Shown here piece after piece: positions 36,301 to 40,408 of a stretch of 40,408 nucleotides of DNA. Below the pieces are notes generated by a model. It saw only the letters and a list, made by a program, of their open reading frames with translations. It made no database searches and was not told the origin of the DNA. Numbering within the stretch: the stretch's first letter is position 1; every line of letters begins with the position of its first letter. The position numbers were made by a program, and so were the translations under genes. This DNA is from Octopus bimaculoides (taxonomy: Eukaryota), in the NCBI RefSeq assembly GCF_001194135.2, contig NC_068982.1, positions 167,079,274 through 167,119,681 on the forward strand. The letters are read 5' to 3'.

Positions 36301-36989
36301 TTCTAAGGGTGAGAGCTTACTGGTGAGCAACAGAGAATAAATCTGCAATAAATCTGGCTTTATGAAAGCAATGCTATATTAGTCATTAAAGAGGGAGAGA
36401 TAGTGAAAGTCTTGGAGAATGTTTCTACCAATTCTGTAATAATGGAAATGAATGTGATAAAGGGGTTATGGTTTGTGGGATTTTCAAAGATCAGGATACA
36501 TCCATGTAGAACGGACTGTCATTCAACCTGCTAGAAATGACTGCCAGTTTCTCCTCAAATCCCACTACTATCTTAAAATAGGTCATACTATGTCATATAG
36601 TCCAAGATACTCCTAAAAAGACAAGATAGTTATGGTTGAAACATTTGTGATCATAGGTCTGCTCAGTCAGCTGAGGCTGACAAATCAATGAGGAGGTTCT
36701 TTGTAGTCACTCAACATGCTACAAAAAGCAGCTAAATTTAATTCAAGCCACCCACTGCTGTCTTGTAAAAAGAACAACAGATTTCATAATGTATATCTAG
36801 ATAGACTATGTATGAATAAAAATGAGATGACCACAGCTGGAATGCCTTTGATCATAAGTCTGCTTAAAGCTAATCAGGGATTAAATTTAACAATAAAAAA
36901 CAATCTTGGATTAGAGTTAAAAACTCTTATTAGTCATATAAGATGTTAGAGCTCTTATCTATTAGACCATAAGCATGTTGTGTGTGTGT

Positions 36990-37310
36990 GTGTGTTTGAA
37001 GCAGACAGGATAATTAAGAAACATCTTTTGTTGTGAACTGAACTGCTTGACTAAGGTTATAAACAGCTGCTATGTTATGGACATATGCAAATGGACAACA
37101 CTCACTGGAAGTAAAAGTATTGGTTGCTGACAAAAGAATTACTCTTGACAGAGAAAGACAATGGGAGACAGTGTGTGATCAAACTTGGAAAAAATCTGAT
37201 CACACACTTCCCACATATTGTGTTGGACCAAACGAATAAGATACAGTAGGATCAAGGGGAAGGAAGATTTTCACTGCTGCAAACAGATCCAACCTATGAG
37301 TGCATTAAAA
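36990..37310 (+). mobile_element. Decayed RTE-like LINE 3' end
   Basis: KQLLCYGHMQMD..HWK resembles RLRWFGHV.RMD; followed by gatccaacctatgagtgc, similar to the family C tail. Confidence 0.45.
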
Positions 37311-37976
37311 ACAAAACAAAACAAAACAATATGATGATAATAAAAGCAAAAGACAAAACAAAATGAAACATTCCAATCTAACCCATACCAGCAAGAAAGA
37401 CTAGCAATGCTGATGAAGGACAAATAAATGTGCTTAACTTAGAGGTTAACAACCTTTTCCAGATATATTTGCTACATCTTAAAAACAACTGATTCATAAG
37501 CTAACTGGAAAGCAACTTCTGTCAAGGAATTTTCCACACTCTTGAATAAATTATCTTGCTTAACATATCATGTATATATATCATTAATATAGTTGGCTAA
37601 AGTTGCGTTTTAAATGCATAACTCTTTCCCAGCTACATCTCTATCCCACCCCATTCACACATATTCTGAGACTTTCCTTTGAACATGCACAGTTAACAGG
37701 CTCTCTTGGCAGGGACCAGCAATCTAACATTTAAAATAATCTCTTCCATTAAGCCATCATATGTCATGTTACACAAAACCTAAACTATAACAATTTCTTT
37801 TTTCGTATTATCTTACAAATAATATCAAACTGTTGACAAAATCTATGTGATGAAGAAATGCAACTGAAAAAAATACACTAGTTCCTCTCTTTCTCTCATA
37901 CAAACAGAGAGAGAGATAGAGAAAGGGGGGAGAGAGAAAGGTGCATAGCTATGTGGTTAAGAAGTTCCCTTTACAG

Positions 37977-38320
37977 NNNNNNNNNNNNNNNNNNNNNNNN
38001 NNNNNNNNNNNNNNNNNNNNNNNNNNNNNNNNNNNNNNNNNNNNNNNNNNNNNNNNNNNNNNNNNNNNNNNNNNNNNNNNNNNNNNNNNNNNNNNNNNNN
38101 NNNNNNNNNNNNNNNNNNNNNNNNNNNNNNNNNNNNNNNNNNNNNNNNNNNNNNNNNNNNNNNNNNNNNNNNNNNNNNNNNNNNNNNNNNNNNNNNNNNN
38201 NNNNNNNNNNNNNNNNNNNNNNNNNNNNNNNNNNNNNNNNNNNNNNNNNNNNNNNNNNNNNNNNNNNNNNNNNNNNNNNNNNNNNNNNNNNNNNNNNNNN
38301 NNNNNNNNNNNNNNNNNNNN
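37977..38320. other. Assembly gap (344 N)
   Basis: Direct reading; a SINE head fragment precedes it and a SINE body follows. Confidence 0.99.
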
Positions 38321-38650
38321 GATTCCCAGACCGGGCGTTGTGAGTGTTTATTGAGTGAAAACACCTAAAAGCTCCACGAGGCTCTGGCAAGGGATGGTGG
38401 CGAACCCTGCTGTACTCTTTCACCACAACTTTCTCTCACTCTTACTTTCTGTTTCTGTTGTGCCTGTAATTCAAAGGGCCAGCCTTGTCACACTGTGTCA
38501 CGCTGAATATCCCCGAGAACTACGTTAAGGGTACATGTGTCTGTGGAGTGCTCAGCCACTTGCACATTAATTTCACGAGCAGGCTGTTCCGTTGATCGGA
38601 TCAACTGGAACCCCCGACATCGTAAGCGACGGAGTGCCAACAACAACAAC
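38321..38650 (+). mobile_element. SINE body with long central domain and (CAA)n tail; head lost in gap
   Basis: Starts at a B-box end (gattcccagaccgggcgttgtgagtg) and ends gcgacggagtgc(caa)n. Confidence 0.6.
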
Positions 38651-39735
38651 ATATGTACTTGCATATTTACATGTAATTGTCTGTGTCTCTTGTTTGTCTG
38701 TGTTTACTGGTGTCATGCCAAAAAAAGCATAACATAGGTGATTTTATAAATATCATCACTTAACGTCCATTTCCCATGCTGGCATGGGTTAGTTTACCTG
38801 GAGCTGGTAAGCCAGAGAGCTGCACCAGGCTCCAGTCATCTCTTTTGGCTTGGTTTCTGTGGTTGGATGCTCTTCCTAATGCAATGGACTGAAATAATAC
38901 TGGGATCATTACATTTGACTAAAACCCCTGAAGGCAGTGTCTTAGCACAACCAAGTCCAATGAATAACATTGCTAAAATGAATAACCATCCCTCTACCAG
39001 TCCTTTTACCTTCAGTTAAAAACCAATGAAAAATAAGTTCATACTTTTAAAAGATATATATCAACATTAAAAGAACCCTGCTATAACTATTTATAAAGAA
39101 TACTGATTTCATTTTTAAACTTCGAAATTTCAGAGAATTTCATCTGCTGAAGAAACTCAACTACCAATGACAATAACTTTTTTTTTTAATCTCTTAGTTA
39201 ATCAGGAGAGCAGGGCAGTGCTAATTTCTTCTACAAACTCACCTAGACTAGAAGAGAGAGATAACTAGGTGTGGTTAACGGAGCCACCAGAAGAAGAAAT
39301 GCTGTGTTCATGACCCTTTTCAGAATTTCAAGAATGGTAGGAGAGGGAGAATGTTACCCTTAGAGAGGTGACATGAGCCAGATGCTTGTAACTGAGTTTG
39401 TCTTAAGCCTACAGCATCACAAAATCGATTTGGATTTTAAAAGATGTTTAGGTAACTAAGAGTACAAAATTCACCCATGAAGTGAACACCAGTCTATTGC
39501 AGAGTTAACTTACAGCTGGCACAGGTACTCATTTTCGGCTGAATGAACTGGAGCAATGTAAAATGAAGAGTTGTAAATGATAGAAAGAACATTTCTATAT
39601 TCATAAATTACAGAACAATTCTCATCTTATGCTATACACTAAACATGAGCTCTTACCATGTTTCTATTGAAACACAGTCTATTTCAATTAATTTTGAAAC
39701 TAATGAATTTAGGGAACTAGCTCTGTCATTAAACT

Positions 39736-39947
39736 GGTGAGCTGGCAGAAGCGTTAGCACGCCGGGTAAAATGCTTAGTGGTATTTTGTCTGTCTTTATG
39801 TTCTGAGTTCAAATTCCGCTGAGGTCAACTTTGCCTTTCAACCTTTTGGGGTCGATAAATTAAGTACCAGTTGCATACTGGGGTCGATCTAATCGACTGG
39901 CCCCCTCCTCCCAAATTTTGGGCCTTGTGCCTAGAGTAGAAGAGATT
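39736..39947 (+). mobile_element. Young family D SINE with TSD
   Basis: ggtgagctggcagaagcgttagc...ttctgagttcaaattcc; TSD attaaact at 39728-39735 and 39948-39955. Confidence 0.88.
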
Positions 39948-40177
39948 ATTAAACTGGGGTTTGGAACATAAGTTAACATGGAATTTTGATGGAAGGCTTT
40001 TTTTGTTTGTTTTTTTATATATATCACTTCAGAATAGGAAGTTTGTATTAGGGAACCAGAAGCAATATTAGGTGGGTTGGTATTAGAAAGGTTAAATAAT
40101 TTGATAAAGTATATCTTCATTGGAACAAGACAGTTTTTAAAAGAAAGATATAAGCTTTTGAATTTGATGCCATAGAT

Positions 40178-40408
40178 TCATCATCATCATCATCATCATC
40201 GTTTAACGTCTGCTTTCCATGCTAGCATGGGTTGGACGATTTGACTGAGGACTGGTGAAACCGGATGGCAACACCAGGCTCCAATCTAATTTGGCAGAGT
40301 TTCTACAGCTGGATGCCCTTCCTAACGCCAACCACTCAGTGTAGTGGGTGCTTTTACGTGTCACCCGCACGAAAACGGCCACGCTCGAAATGGTGTCTTT
40401 TATGTGCC
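40178..40408 (-). mobile_element. Young family C copy, cut by window edge
   Basis: Reverse complement of 1-245, sharing the same 21-nt deletion. Confidence 0.88.

Noticed and set aside
37170-37208. 12-bp inverted repeat agtgtgtgatca/tgatcacacact
   Set aside because: Short, partly (GT)n-based and inside a decayed LINE; probably chance or local repair.
37941-38426. 130-151 aa ORFs
   Set aside because: They run through the N gap.
1-40408. Window ends are ~230-bp inverted repeats, resembling TIRs of a giant transposon
   Set aside because: Both are copies of the abundant family C retroposon with (GAT)n tails pointing inward, and further near-identical copies lie inside. This is best explained by an assembly or window break within young repeats.

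Overview
AT-rich, repeat-dense eukaryotic genomic DNA with two N-gaps (6426-6435, 37977-38320). The tRNA-derived SINE families and microsatellite load look like an octopus or other coleoid genome; this is an inference from repeat recognition, not a search. The window holds one host gene: a five-coding-exon, minus-strand PSTK (O-phosphoseryl-tRNA(Sec) kinase, selenocysteine synthesis) at 8458-21363. I assembled it by hand: all introns are GT-AG, phases match, and the CDS is 1017 nt (338 aa). The rest is mostly mobile DNA: tRNA-SINEs, young (GAT)n-tailed LINE-like 3' ends, a Penelope-like RT/GIY-YIG element, CR1/L2, RTE and R4/Dong LINE fossils, Tigger/pogo fossils and a 127-bp Tc1/mariner-type MITE. 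I see no evidence of a new multi-gene system. The best leads are a Penelope terminus carrying both Pol III A/B boxes and a hammerhead-like core, a candidate PSTK 5'UTR exon creating a uORF whose UGA overlaps the PSTK AUG, a strand-specific 22-bp hairpin downstream of PSTK, and microsatellite-targeted nesting of the repeats. Coordinates of decayed fossils are approximate.
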